In this document: one piece after another, positions 48,601-61,775 of the stretch
Layout: the number at the start of each line of letters is the position of its first letter
Position numbering within the stretch: position 1 is the first letter of the stretch
DNA from: Scyliorhinus canicula
Taxonomy: Eukaryota
NCBI RefSeq assembly: GCF_902713615.1
Contig: NC_052151.1
Coordinates: forward strand, 118,516,123-118,580,122
Direction: 5' to 3'
Length of the DNA: 64,000 nucleotides
Program-made: the position numbers and the translations under genes
The notes under the pieces: model-generated
What the model was told of the DNA's origin: nothing
Seen by the model: the letters and a program-made list of their open reading frames with translations, nothing else
The model's database searches: none

Positions 48601-51509
48601 AAATGGCCACTCTCATCAAGACTCAGGCCCTGCATTTGTGCGATTGCCTGCACCCATTCTGCCTCGTGGGGGGGTTAGCTTAGCCATTTCTGCCGCCCTG
48701 ATGTGGGAGAACCGGTTGTTAGCATGCATGTGGAGAACACACGTTTCGATGGCGATGTTGAGGGTGAGCTGCTTGACTTTCAGGAGCTGCTGGTGAAGGG
48801 AATCAGAGTGGACTCCGAAAATGATCTGATCCCGGATCATGGAATCAGTTGTCGAGTCATAGTTAAATGACTGCGCGAGGATGCGGAGATGGGTCAAAAA
48901 GGATTGAAAAGGTTCATCCTTATCCTGAAGCCTCTGCTGGAAAACGTACCGTTCAAAGCTCTCATTCACCTCAATGTCGCAGTGGCTGTCGAATTTCAGC
49001 AGGACTGTTTTAAATTTCGTCTTGTCTCCGCCTTCAGCGAATGTAAGGGAGTTGTAGATGTGGATGGCGTGGTCCCCCGCTGTGGAGAGGAATAGTGCGA
49101 TCTTCCTGGCGTCCGATGCGGCTTCGAGGTCGGTGGCTTCAAGATAGAGTTCGAACTTCTGTTTGAAGATCTTCCAATTTGTACCGAGGTTGCCGGCGAT
49201 GCGGAGCTGCGGAGGAGGGCAGACGTTGTCCATGTTACCGGATGGCTGTTTGCTGGTCAATGCCGATTCACTCAAGGTAGGTCCGTCAATTTTCAGCACC
49301 GAACCTGATACCATGATGTGTTGGGTAGGCTGGATTTATGTGGACTCCGTTTGATGCAGTGTAGAGAGAGACAGGCTTCCAACACTTGATGAGATGCAAC
49401 ACGATTTAATTTAACATCTAACTATTTTACATGTTCAACTGTGGGTTGACACTATGCTGACTTGACTGGAGACCTGAGGCTAGCCTGACCAGACTAACTG
49501 ACGACCACATGGTGTTTGCACTAGCTGCTGCTCACGAGCTCTGACTGTCTCAGAGGCTGGATCCTTAGAGCAAGGGAAAAATGGTGCCCTCTGGCTTTAT
49601 AGTGGTTGTGTCCTGTCTGGTGATTTGCTGCTGTGTACTGTGTGTTCACTGGTCATCCTGTGTGTCAATCACTGACTGTCTGCACACCATCATATACCTG
49701 GATGTATATTATGACAAACATCACCACCTGGACGTTCAAACATTTTGAGATCAGAATTGTTGCTCATTGTTTGGACAGCAGGAACTGGTAATAATAGCGC
49801 TGTTGCAATTTACAGCCCATCTTTTGTTTCTTATCCAATTCCGGTCCCCCTTCAACTTGCACCATTGACCCTGCCTTCTAACCTATCACAGACTTTTGTT
49901 CTGTTCTCCCTTCCTCTCCCCACCACCTTAAAACTTGTTATATTCCTAAAGTCTTCCAATTCCCAACGAAAGGTTACCAACCTGAAACATTGACTACGGG
50001 AACAATTCTCCCAAAACATCTCTAAGTGTGTCTCTGGTGGGAACCGAGGTCAATTCCTGCCGGGTGGTTTGGCGCAATGCAGATCGCAATCTATCTACAC
50101 TTAGAATTTTGTTGGGAGGTTGGGGTGAGCTGCAGCCTGATTGAGGGGCGCAGAGCTGAAGACTCCGGCAGGTCCGGCTCCTCCGAGATCGGGGCACCAT
50201 TCATAAAGGAAGATCTGATCTCAGGCAAACGCTCAGCCCCCCACCCCGCCCCATTGCCAGTACCAGCACCCCCCCACGTGAGCGACAGCTCGCTATGGGG
50301 ATGGCCAATGCACCACCTGCATATTCATCACTCTGATCTCCATCACTCTGGCTTCACACTGCGCCGGCGGGTGGGAGAATTCCAGGAGCCAGGAGAATCC
50401 AGCTTAAAACAGATCCTGCATATTTAAATAAGGGTGTTGTGCACAAACCTGGGGCGGGATTCTCCCCTACCCGACGGAGCGGGCTGTCCCGGCGTCAATG
50501 AGTGGCGTGAACTACTCGGGCGTAGGGCCGCCCAGAAGGTGCGGAACCCTCCGCCGACCGGCGCGAGTTAGCGCATGCGCGTGAGTGCCAGCGTTTGCTG
50601 GCATCTTCTCAGTGCATGCGCAGGGTGGTTCTTTTCCGCTCCAGCCATGGCGGAGGTTGACAGCGGCTCATGCGGAGGGAAAGAATGCCCCCACGGCACA
50701 GGCCCGCCAGCGGATCTGTGGGCCCCCATCGCGGACCAGGCCACCGAGGGGGCACCCCCGGGGCCAGGTCCCTCCGCGACCCCCGGAGGACTACGGAGGC
50801 CGCCAGCAGAGCCAGTTCCCGCCGGTAAGTACCAGGTCTAATTTACTCTGGCGGGACCGGCCTACAACAGACAGCTGCACGGCCCATCGCAGGCCGGAGA
50901 ATCGATGGGGGGGGGGGGGGGGGGGGGGGGGGGGCGCAGCGAGCGGCCATCGACCGGCGTAGCACGTTGCCCGCCCCCACCAAAACCCCGGCGCCGGACA
51001 ATTCAGCAGCCGGCGGCGGCGGGATGCACGCTGACCCCTGGCTATTCTCCAGCCCCGTGGGGTTGGAGAATCCCACCCCTGATCACAGCAGCTGGAGCGG
51101 TCAAGGAGCATCGGAAATTGTTTGACACCCGGCGCAAATCCCTTTTCGGGCCTCTCCCGGGATTTTCCCAAGTTCGCAGAATTTGCGCTGGGCGCAATGT
51201 GGCTAGAGAATCGCCCCGCTGTTTCTCTACCGGTGCTGACTAAATATTTCCAGAAATTTCTGTTCATGTTGTACATTTAAGAACTGAACTTGTTCATCAT
51301 TACTGATTTAACTAAATACAAATAACAGACTGATGCTTGAGCAAGATTTCTTTACATGTGCCAGGCATAGGTTGCTGTAAGCACATTGAATCTTGTGGAA
51401 GTTATAATTTGCCTTTTGCAATATTTTTACTACATGGTCATGCAGAAACTTAAACAGCATTTTGTCTCCAGCACAAGTATGTTTAATGCCGTATGTTCAT
51501 GTTTTACAG

Positions 51510-52150
51510 AACAATGCCTGTTTAGTGCCTGTTGATGACCCAAAGGCCACCAGTGCCACAGAGGAAATAAATACTGTGACTAGTTCTATTACGATGCAGG
51601 AGTACTTTGCCAACAGCATGGCTCAACTGAAAAAATCAAAAACAGGGCATGAGATCGCCCATAGCAGTGCTGTTCAGGAACTCGAAGGAAATGATTTGAA
51701 TTCATTCGAAGAAGTAAAAATTAAATCCCAAAAAAGAAAAAACGCTGCAGAGGAGATGCAGAGGGGATTTGTAACTTCAACCAACTGTCTCCCCCCACAA
51801 AGCAAGTCGAGGGTGAAGGTGATGGAGAACTAAATAGTGGTCTGATAGAAGACAGCCCAGTTAAGGAAAATTACCAGACTAAAAGAAACTCCAGAAAAAG
51901 CAGAGTGAATCCTTCGGTGTCACTCATCCAGAATATTTGTCCTTTAGGAGAAGTTGAGTTGGAAGAGGTTCAGGTTGAACAATACTCGGCAGTAAATGAG
52001 TCGTCGGAGAAGCAAAATGAGCAGGATTGGGATAAGGATAAGGAGAAATGAAAGAAGGCTAAGAAGAAAGCAACAGCCACAGGTGAAGATGAGGTTTCTC
52101 AATCCTGTCATTCAATAGAAAGGAGGAGAAAAAAGAAAGAGCAGAAATAG
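51510..52150 (+). pseudogene. pinx1: PINX1-like terminal exon (unit 3), further decayed
   Basis: NTVTSSITMQEYFANSMAQLKK. The downstream Lys/Glu-rich ORF of units 1 and 2 is disrupted here. Confidence 0.68.
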
Positions 52151-53414
52151 AAGATTTGGGGCATGCCGAAATTGTTGGCCACATTTTTAATTGAAAACGA
52201 TCCAAATGAGGTATTTTATTACTAATTACAAAATACAAAATAGTTCCTCTACATTCAGGGTGTTCGCCTTACAGCGACTGTTGGAATTAAATTTAAGCAG
52301 TGAGCTTGGTAATGGGGGATGGAATACTTGAAGTAAGGAAAGCGATTAAAAGCATGTTAAAAAAAATTTCTTATAAATGCACAAAATAAAATGAGTATGT
52401 TTATTTGTGGGTATTGACTATAGATGCTACGGTCAAACTCGGTGATGCGACAAGGCCATTAAATCGGGGACGAGGCCTCTCGCTAGATTTGCGACGCTCG
52501 AAACGCCTCTCGGGATCCCATCAGATGTTACAATCTGGATCTCGCCCTCACTGGGTGGTATCCGGATATACATCACAAATTATCTATTTGGCTCATTTAA
52601 ATAGGTCAGGGCCCAATTCCCCCTAGCAGCCTGGCCTGGGAGACGTCGCCATGGCGCCGTTTAGCACTGGTCCACAGAAACAGGGGCCAGGTGTACCGGC
52701 GGGGGTTCCCAGGCCATTGGAGACTCATGGGTGGTCGGGGACAGGGCAGGATGGCACCCTGGCTCTCCCTCTGGCACCAAGACAACTTGGCAGTGCCATG
52801 GCACTCAGGTGCCTGAGGGGGGCATGTCCCTGAAAGGGTGGGTGTATGAAGGGCGGATATGAATAAATTGTGTGGGTTAAAGGGTTGGTGTCCTGAAATG
52901 AGGGGTAGCGGCTCGAAAGAGGCATGAAGAAGAGAGACCCTCAGCAACCCCATAGCCGAGTGACCTCATTTGGTTGGGGTAGGGAGGGGGACAGTGAAAT
53001 TTCCTGTGGGTGGGGGATGTGGGGCCCACAAACGGGGACCAGGTGGAACAGCACTTGGGGGGGGGGGGGGGCTTCTCCCAGGCAATCGGTGACCCGCCCC
53101 AGGTAACTGGACAGGGTGGCACACTGGCACTGATGCCACCCAAGCACCTTTGAAACTACCAGCCTTGCACCCTGACAGTGCCACTTGGCTACCCTGGCAC
53201 TGCCACCTGGTCAACAGCCTGGCACTGCCAGGGTGCCCAGGTGGTGCTGGCAGGGATACTGCCAGGCCGGCAGTACCAAGGTGCCCAGAACTCATTCTTT
53301 GTTTTTGGTAAGATTGCACTCTAAGTGGGTAAGTACCTTTGCGGATCTCACTGAAAAAAACGGCAAGAAATACTCTACCAAACTCACCCAAAATGATACT
53401 CAGAAATGTTTATT

Positions 53415-55032
53415 TTTTTAAAATGTTTTTATTCAGGTTTTTCATTTTATACAATACAAAATTAACACATGTGTGTGGACCAGGTACAATTTACAAAAGC
53501 CAAACTTTGGAGGTTACCCCCAAGTCCCTACCCCCCCCCCCCCCTCACCAACTCCCCTGTCCCTTTTATTTTACTTTATTCAATTTTTACATCTGTACAT
53601 TGTACAATAGGTGAGCGAGACAGTTCGATGTATAGTTTGTTACTGTTGAACATATTATGGGCAGCACAGTGGTTAGCAATGTTTCTTCACAGCACCAGGG
53701 TCCTGGGTTCGATTCCCAGATTGGGCCCCTGTCTGTGTGGAGTCTGCACGTTCTCCTCGTGTCTGCGTAGGTTTCTTCCGGGTGCTCGGTTTCCTCCCAC
53801 ATGTTCCAAAAGACGTGCTGTATGGTGAATTAGACATCCTGAATTCTCCCTCAGTGTAGCGAACAGGCGCTGGAGTATGGTGACTAGGGGATTTTCACAG
53901 TAATTTCATTGCAGTGTTAATGTAAGCCTACTCGTAACACTAATAAAGATTATTTATTATAGTTTTGTTGGGCAGGGAAGCCTTCTGGCCCCCTCTTTGG
54001 TCTCTTCCCGTGTCCCCTCCTGATTTTTCCCTGGGTACCTCCCTTGCTGCTCCCCTTTCCTCCCACATGTGGGTGTGGTTGGCCGGGCCACCCTGCCACC
54101 GTTCACACTGGTCTTCCACCTCCGGGAAGAACCTGTTCATCTGGGTTCTGGTTAGGTGCGCTCTGTGTACCACTTTGTACTGCATGAGGCTTAGCCTTGT
54201 GCAAGAGGTGGTGGAGTTCGCCCTGCTCAGTGCTTCACTCCAGAGTCCCCACCCTATGTCTGTCCCTAGTTTGTCCTCCCATGTCTGTCTTGCTCCATGT
54301 AATGGTGCTCTCACCTTCCTAACAGTTGTCCCTAAATGTCCCCACAGTTCCCCTTCTCAATACTGTCCACGTCTAGCAGTTCCTCCAGCAATGTGTCTCT
54401 CAGGGCCCGAGGGTACCTCACCGTCTCCTTGCGGAAAATGTTTTTGACTTGCAAGTGTTGGAGCTCCCGTCCGTTTGGTAGCTCCAGTCTTCCTGTCAGC
54501 TGGTCCAGGGTTGTGAGTCTCGGTTGTGACTTCCTGTCAGCTGGTCCAGGCATTTAAAAGTCCCAAATCTCTAGCGTCCCCCCGGCCTGTCTCCACTTCT
54601 TAACAATGGCATCAAGCATGGCTGGTGGGAATTTGTGGTTACGGCATATGTGGGCCATGGTGGACATCTCGGTTCAGCCGACGTGCTGTCTCAACTAGTT
54701 CCAGAATTTAACGTAGCTACCACCACTGGGCTGGATGTGTACTTTGCCAGGGTGGTTGGGAGCACAGTCGTGGTTAGAACTTGGAGGGTTGTTCCTGTTC
54801 AGGAGGGCTACTCCATTTTCACCCATTCCTTGCTCGGCTCAGTTACTCATCCCCTCACACTCTTGGCTGTGGCTGCCCAGTGGTAGTATTTCAGGTTCGG
54901 AAGTGCGAGGCCTCCCATATTTCTTTCCAGTGTATTTTTAGTGAGTCTTGCCCACACAAATGCCATAATCATTTTATTTATTCCTTGGAAAAAGGCCTTG
55001 GGGATGAAGATCGGTTTGGATCTTCTCAATGG
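53415..55032 (-). mobile_element. L1-clade LINE 3' fragment (unit 3)
   Basis: GGLALPNLKYYHWA, WEDKLG...LMQYKVVHRAHLT. It lacks the second SINE found in units 1 and 2. Confidence 0.8.
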
Positions 55033-56560
55033 TATTGAAATTTCAGAGTTATGTTCCTGACCAGTGAGGCTCCTAATTGAGAGCTAGGTTACATTTATTC
55101 TAATCTTTGTGACCCTCCCTGGTAGCTTAATCTGGATCGTACTATTTATTTCAACATTTTAACTAGTTTTGGCCTTTAAAAAGGTTTTCGGTATTTCATA
55201 GATTTTCAGTCCCCTTCCTAATGATAAAACTGGGACAGCAAATCCTGTGAAGGAGGAGGGATTCATTCTGAACTTCCACATTTAACTATGGCTGTGCAGA
55301 TACTGGATACTGTGCTATCAGCCAGGCACTGTAGTCGTGCAAATACTGACAACTTTCACTTCTGACAACTTTCACTTCTACAAATTCTAGGCCACTATAG
55401 ATAAATATATCTAAGAAAGGCAAGGCCATTGCTTTCAATGGATCATGTACAGTTTACATTGCTGTACTAATTCATACCAAGTGCAATAGATGATTAACCA
55501 TTGCCAAGTTTCTATTCTGGTGGGCTGCTCCCCGGAGACAATTTGATGATCAAATCCTCAGCCAAGTATAGTATCAATCTAGCCCATTGTGGGTTCATTC
55601 ATATTCAATCCCTGGCATGTGCCGAGACAGCTGATCTCCTCTCAGAAGATTTATCCAAGAACTCAGGTGTACAGAATCCATATCAAGGGCAGCACAATGG
55701 CATAGTGGTTAGCACTTTTACTTCACAGTGCCAGTGTCCCAGGTTCAGTTCCCACCTAGGGTCACTATCTGTGTGAAGTCACCAATTCCTCCACTTTCCT
55801 CCCACAGTCCAAAAAAGTGCAGTTATGAGCCATTCTTGTCCTTAATGTCCAAGATGGTGGAGGTATGGGCTGAAGTAGGGTGCTCTTTCCCAGGGCTGGT
55901 GCAGACACAATGGGCTGAATGGCCTCCTTCTGTACTGTAAATTTTATGACATTTAATCTTTTGTCCACTTTCACCCTCTAAAGAAATCTTAATTATACAA
56001 AATGAAATACGAACTACTTGAGAATATTTTCTCACCTCAACTTTGCTGGAGACTTCTGGGTTGCGTCTGAACATGATTTACTTGGCATTTCTATTTGCTG
56101 ATCTACTGTTTGGTGACACTGCTTACCTGAAAATCTATTGAGTCAATTTAAAAAAAAAATGACTTAAAGATACCAGTGGATAGGCAGCAATACAGATGCC
56201 AGTGAAAATTAAATATTTATATCATATTGCATAAAAGAGTCAATTCTGCTGGTCCTGCCTCTTTGAAAGTGTGACCCAGATTGTCCCACTCCAGATTTTC
56301 CCCTCAATCCCTTCATTTAGCCCCTTGAAGTTCAGATCCAGTTGCTCTTAGAAGTGACTGATTCCACCATACTTTGTTTATGCATTGCAGATTTTACCAA
56401 CCATACGCATGAAGAAATTTCTCATTTCTCCAAACGTTTTTTGCCAACTATTTTAAATACATGTGCTAGGTTTCTGTTAAGTTTGCTCTTTTTCCAAGAG
56501 CAACCCCAGCATCTCTAGTCTCCTATTACGATGCTGGACCAGACCCTAGCAGTGGCTAGG

Positions 56561-56741
56561 ATAATGATAAGATAAATCACTTATTGTCACAAGTAGGCTT
56601 CAATGAAGTTATTGTGAAAAGCCCCTAGTCGCCACATTCTGGCACCTGTTCGGGGAGGCTGTTACAGCAATCTAACCATGCTGCTGGCCTGCCTTGGTCT
56701 GCTTTCAAAGCCAGCGATTTAGCCCAGTGCTAAACAGCCCC
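56561..56741 (-). mobile_element. Short tRNA-derived SINE specific to unit 4
   Basis: Same family as 13850-14040. It interrupts ggctaggata|ctggacag, which is contiguous in units 1-3. Confidence 0.75.
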
Positions 56742-57719
56742 TACTGGACAGAAACACCCAATATTTTATTTAAATTTTGTATGACTGAGGGGAAAGGACA
56801 CCTCACTCCAAGAGTGATTTCACACAATATAGGGATATGGCATAGTATTAAAATTTCTTAAATTCAGAGAGTCATTTACAGTGCAGAAAGAGACCATTCA
56901 GTCCATTGAGTCTACACCAGCTCCTGAAAGAGCACCCTACCCAAGCCCACACCTCCACCCTATCCCCGTAACCCAACAAACCCACCTAACTCTTGGATAT
57001 TGGGGGCAATTTAGCATGACAAATCCACTGAACATGCAAAGTTGTGAATCAAATCTGGTCATAAACAACTCCATTTCTCAATGTCTTCAGGCTCACTTCA
57101 ACCCAATGCCTCACCTCATGTTCCCTTAACCTTAATGGATTGGTTCAGTTGCCCTGGTTCAATTCCCCATGTCTTCTTTGATGTTTGATTCCACAATCCT
57201 CATGTGTGAGCTCAAAAGCAGAAGAAGAAGATTGGAGGGCCTTTAGCCCCGATTAAAATAATGCAGTGATCAGATTTCCAGTTGGATATCAGAGACCCAA
57301 ATGAAGTTCAGGCATCAGATGATGGCTCTGGGGATCAGCACATGTCACTTCATTGATTGTTACCATCAAGGTGGGGGGGGGAGGAAGAGGAGTGTGAACA
57401 CCCTGGGAATACAGTGTTTCCCCTATCCAGAAGGGGGGGGGGGCTTCAGTGATCCAGTAAACAGCCCCACCAGCCAGGCTCAGCCCCACCAGTATGTCCC
57501 AGACCTGTTCACACCAGGGAGGAAAAACAACTGAAACAGACAGAACATGAACCAGCCCCCTTAAAAACTACACTCAAGTAGAAGAACCATTCAAGGAGGA
57601 GATGTGGTTCTTGGAGCACACAAACCCCAGCCATTATTTCCATGGACTCAGACTAATGAAATGCAGAGACCAATCAGCTCCCAGACAAGGAATCACTGCT
57701 TTATTGATAATTAATTTGA

Positions 57720-60658
57720 TTACTGGGCGAACAGAGTTTGATTCCGTTTCCTGTACAGGAACAAGGTGATCAATGAAGCAGAGATCAGAGAGACAGCTGT
57801 CACAGTCAGGGTCACGATCAGGACCACCTCAGACTCCACACCTACAAACCAATGAGAAACCAATGGTTAGTGAAGGAAACACCAAGGGGGAAATGGAAAC
57901 CAGCAGTCAGCCAACTTACCACCTGGAATCCTCTCCTGCATCGTTCCCTCATTCAGGGAGTTTGTTGCCAGGTTGGTCACATCAGTATCCAGAATGATCA
58001 GGGGTCCAAGTGAGGCCTCAGCCTCCCACTTCAATCCAACTTCACTCTCTGCAATATCAAACATTCCAGTTAGAGAGGGGAAAGGGGAAACCTCCACCAT
58101 CTAGAGAATCAATGTCCTACCAGCTTCAGCTACAATATCTCTCCTTCCTCTGGATCCAAATCTCAGCTCCCTTGTGGCACAGTTACCCACATGGCAACAG
58201 GCACAAATATCAATGCTCGATTCCTCCAATGGGGCCCAGCTAAGCAAGACAAAAATCAGTCAACCAACTGTATTGTGCATCACTTCTCCACAAAAGCCCA
58301 TTTGAGAGAGAGCTTACATATTCTGCATCTTCCTGGAAAGTACAAGCTTTGTTCTTGGAATCTCTCCGATCCACTGGAGCTACTTTCAGGTGGCAGGTGA
58401 TGAAAATCTGAGGGAACCATCAACACGTCGTTATTTAATGACTCCCTCCCAACACAGACCCACAATGATCAGTTTCCTCTTACCAAGGAACGGTCATCTC
58501 CAAAGAAACGGAATGCATCCAGGTCAAACCGGAGCTTGTCCATCTCCCGCTCGCCACTTGGCAACACAAAGGTTGAAAAGGAGTCCTCAGCTTGGCTGTC
58601 CAGGAGGCAACTGAAGACAGATTAAAAAGGGACATGAAGTGAATCAAGTGAAGCCAGTGAGATTGGAGCAGCTGGAGAAAGCAGAGAGCTCCTTACCCAT
58701 TGTAGTCAATAATGCTGTATCTCGGGGTGGAGTCCTTGTCTGGGCTCAATGTAGCTACACAGCGGTCAATGTAGAGCTTCAGGGGCATGTGGTTGCTCAT
58801 TGAAACAGAGGCCTCAATGTGAATGAGGTCACCCAGGTAGTAGACAGTGGAAGTGCGCTCTGTAAGCCAGTCACCTGAAGAACAAGAGGACAAGGGTTGG
58901 AGACAGTGGGTGTCACTCCGTGAGTGAAGAGAGGAAATCACTCCCCATCACATACCATTCATTAGGCGCAGAGAGAATGAAAGATGTCCTTCTCCAGACC
59001 TGGTGGAGCTGAATGGGATCCAGGTAGGCCTGATGGGGTTACTGCTCACATTGCCCTTCCTGGAAAGACAGCAGAGTCATTTTAGGACAACTTCAGAGAA
59101 CACCAACAGCTGTGGATCTTCAAATAAAGATTCTCACCTAAAGTAACGACACTCAATGGGAACAACAGCTCCATTTGTTCTCACAATGACAGATCCATGA
59201 TACTCTGGACTGTGGGTCAGGTGGGTGGTGTAGATCAGGAAATCTCCAGACATCTGAAAGACACCACGTTAAGGAATGAAGAACTGAACTCAAATGAGAA
59301 TGTTCTACACAGGGGTTAACAATGAACTCGCCCCATCCAATTAAAATAATTCAAGGAGATTGGCAGGTTCGGTGCAAATAGGCTACTGGGCCCCAGCTGG
59401 AGTGTCGGGGGGGGGGGGGGAAAGAGTCATCTCAGGTCAGGGGTCAATCATTTAGGATAAACATGATAATGACTTTCTTCATTTAGCAGCTCATGAATTC
59501 TCTATCTCAGAGCTGGGAATGTTCAGTCAGAGGATATTCAGGACAGATGGATTATATTTTTGGACATTAAGGGAATCATGTTGAGGACAAGGGCATGAGG
59601 TTATGGGGAGCCCAGCCCAGATCTTAATGATCAGGGACAGGCTGGAGGGGCTGCATGGCCTCATCTTGTTATTAGTGTTGCTCAGCAACCCCCAGCCATG
59701 TATACAAAGAGATCATTAGACACAAGATCAGGATCAATTAACAGGGAATTCATTCAATAAAGGGACAGCTTCAGTTAACAGGAAAAGGAGCCACAAGTTG
59801 ACAATGATATGGAGCCTGGAAATAGAACAGTTTCAATCCAGGGCCCCATTGATTCCAATGACTGGGAAAGTGGGAAGTGTGGAATTCCTCTTTTTTCCAA
59901 TCCATATGAATTCCCATTTCATTCTGTTCATAAACACCCAACCCAATTGGATTAAACTGGACTGAAACCAAACCCTCAGTTGGATTGATGTGAATGAGGG
60001 GGAAATAGAGCTGAAAAATCAACAAGAGGAAAAGCTCAAGAGGAACAAAAGAGAAGCTTCCAGATCAATGGGGTTGATGTCACAATATTGAAGAGACTCA
60101 GACCAGTGGAAGCAAAGTACAATCAGGGAGCTAGTTTGGGTGTTTAAGACACAGGAGACCAGTATCTCCTCTATATCAATGACATCTCACCAAGTGTTGG
60201 AATAAAGAGTGTGGAACAATCTCCAGCCTAAGCTTAGAGCCAGAGTTGAGGTTTGACATTACCTGCAATTTGCTGCCACACTCATGGAGCCCATAGTCAA
60301 AGAGGACAGTGTGGTTCTGAGAGTAGATCCTGGTTGGCCGACAGCCTGCTGCCCCCAGTGTCAGGTCAGCAGCTTTAATCAGGTGCCTGGTTCCAAATAA
60401 ATCCAGCTGGACCCTGACCAGCAGCTTGTCCTCTGCACACTGCACCATCACAGTCCGCAGCGGAGACACACTTTGACCCTCAGACACACGGAAATGGGAA
60501 CCAAAGGGAGGAAGAGGGACTCTCTGAGGCACAGAGGTGGCTTTGACTCTGCTCCATGGAAACCTTTGGCCTCGAAACTGTTGCCAAGTATCAGAGGAAC
60601 AAACAGCCCCAACTAACACCAGCACTGGGAACAAAGCCCTCACTCCAAAATCCCCCAT
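57720..60658 (-). pseudogene. zp3: ZP3-like copy 4, +1 frameshift in exon 6
   Basis: Exons 60658-60263, 59253-59138, 59059-58956, 58874-58697, 58610-58484, 58407-58318 (90 nt versus 89; extra base ~58332), 58239-58121, 58048-57920, 57841-57720. The shifted frame stops at TGA 58212-58210 in exon 7. Confidence 0.8.
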
Positions 60659-60702
60659 GATACCAAACAACTGAACCATCCTGTCCACCAGGGAGCAGCA
60701 CC

Positions 60703-60746
60703 TTTTATACTCACAACCTGTACTCACCTGAACTCTTTTGACGTCA
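60703..60746 (-). promoter_or_regulatory. ZP3 copy 4 core promoter
   Basis: TATAAAA 60709-60703, E-box 60730-60725, palindromic TGACGTCA 60739-60746. Confidence 0.6.
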
Positions 60747-61239
60747 ATCAGCTAATTATACTCAAAGAAACAAGCTCAGGGACACATTAAAAGGGGACTG
60801 CTCCTGATAGGGGCACTGTCCAAATAATAATAATCTTTCTTATTGTCACAAGTAGGCTTACATTAACCTATTGAATGTAAGTTAATGAAGTCACTGTGAA
60901 AAGCCCCTAGTCGCCACAGTCTGGCACCTGTTCAGGTACACGGAGGGGGAATTCAGAATGTCCAAATTACCTATCTGCACGTTTTTCAGGATCCGCCCCC
61001 GTCGTCCACCGAATTCTCTAACCCCCCCAAAAATTGCCCCGGCGTGAATCATGCCACCCGCCTCGGAGAATGGTGGGGACCGGTGCGACGCTATGGGCCA
61101 CTGGGCTGCCTGAATTCTCCCGGCTGGATGGGCCGAAGTCCCGCCGATGTGACTACGGGTCACGTTGGCGTAAATTAAACCACCTATTTAACGGCGTCAG
61201 CCAATTCCGATGGTTGACGCCGGGCCAGCGTGGCGTGGC

Positions 61240-61775
61240 GTTGTGTGTGTGGGGGTGTGTGTGTGTGGAGCGGTGGGGGTGTGTGTGTGGAGTTGGGTGT
61301 GTGTGCGTGTGGAGGGGGGTGTGTGTCTGTGGAGTGGGTGTGTGTGTGGAAGGGGGTGGGTGCAGTGGGGGGGTGGATAGGTGGAGAGGAGAGGGCGAGT
61401 GCCGGGGATGGGGGAGGGTGAGTGCCGGGGATGAGGGAGGGCGAGTACCGGGGAGCAGGGGGGTGGGTTGGGGAGGTTGCCCGCATGTGTGTGTGGAGGG
61501 GGGGGGTTGTGTGTGGAGGGGGGTGGGTGTGTGGTGTTGGAGGGGGGTGGGTATGTGGAGTGGAGGGGGGTGGGTGTGTGGAGTGGGGGGTTGTGTGTGG
61601 ATTGGGGTGTGTGTGTGCGTGAAGGGGGTGTGTGTGTGGAATGAGTGTGAGTGTGTCTGTGGAATGGGGTGGAGGGTGTGTGTGTGTTTGGAGGGGATGG
61701 GTGTGTGGTGTGGGGGGCTGTGTGTGTGTGGAGCGGGGGTGTGTGTGTGGAGCGGGGGTGTGTGGAGTGGGGGTG
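61240..61775 (+). repeat. G/GT-rich low-complexity tract following a GC-rich MITE-like fragment (~60990-61240)
   Basis: Degenerate (gtgtgtggagggggg)n visible directly. Confidence 0.85.

Larger units (their letters stand above)
37144..49716 (-). mobile_element. Element A: full-length degenerate Ty3/Gypsy (Mag-like) LTR retrotransposon with nested insertions
   Basis: LTRs at 49314-49716 and 37144-37537 (TG...CA on the minus strand). A PBS-like TGGTATCAGG follows the 5' LTR and a purine tract precedes the 3' LTR. Gag: NWKIFKQKFELYL, CLQCGKLGHYATLC. Protease: FKLGTGAS (catalytic D lost). RT: LRICLDPKDLN, VYVDD. RNase H: TDASQDGIGA, YAQIEKE. Integrase: HEGHLG, VDYFS, PQSNGKAE. TSD AACAT at 49717-49721, with the matching left copy intact in unit 1 (6987-6991). 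Confidence 0.92.
30140..55229. repeat. Tandem segmental unit 3 (25090 bp, includes full-length element A with nested insertions)
   Basis: Collinear with units 1 and 2, plus ~10 kb extra at 39733-49716. Confidence 0.93.
55230..60990. repeat. Tandem segmental unit 4 (partial, more diverged)
   Basis: Collinear through the ZP3 gene and into the first upstream SINE, then different TE content. Confidence 0.9.
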
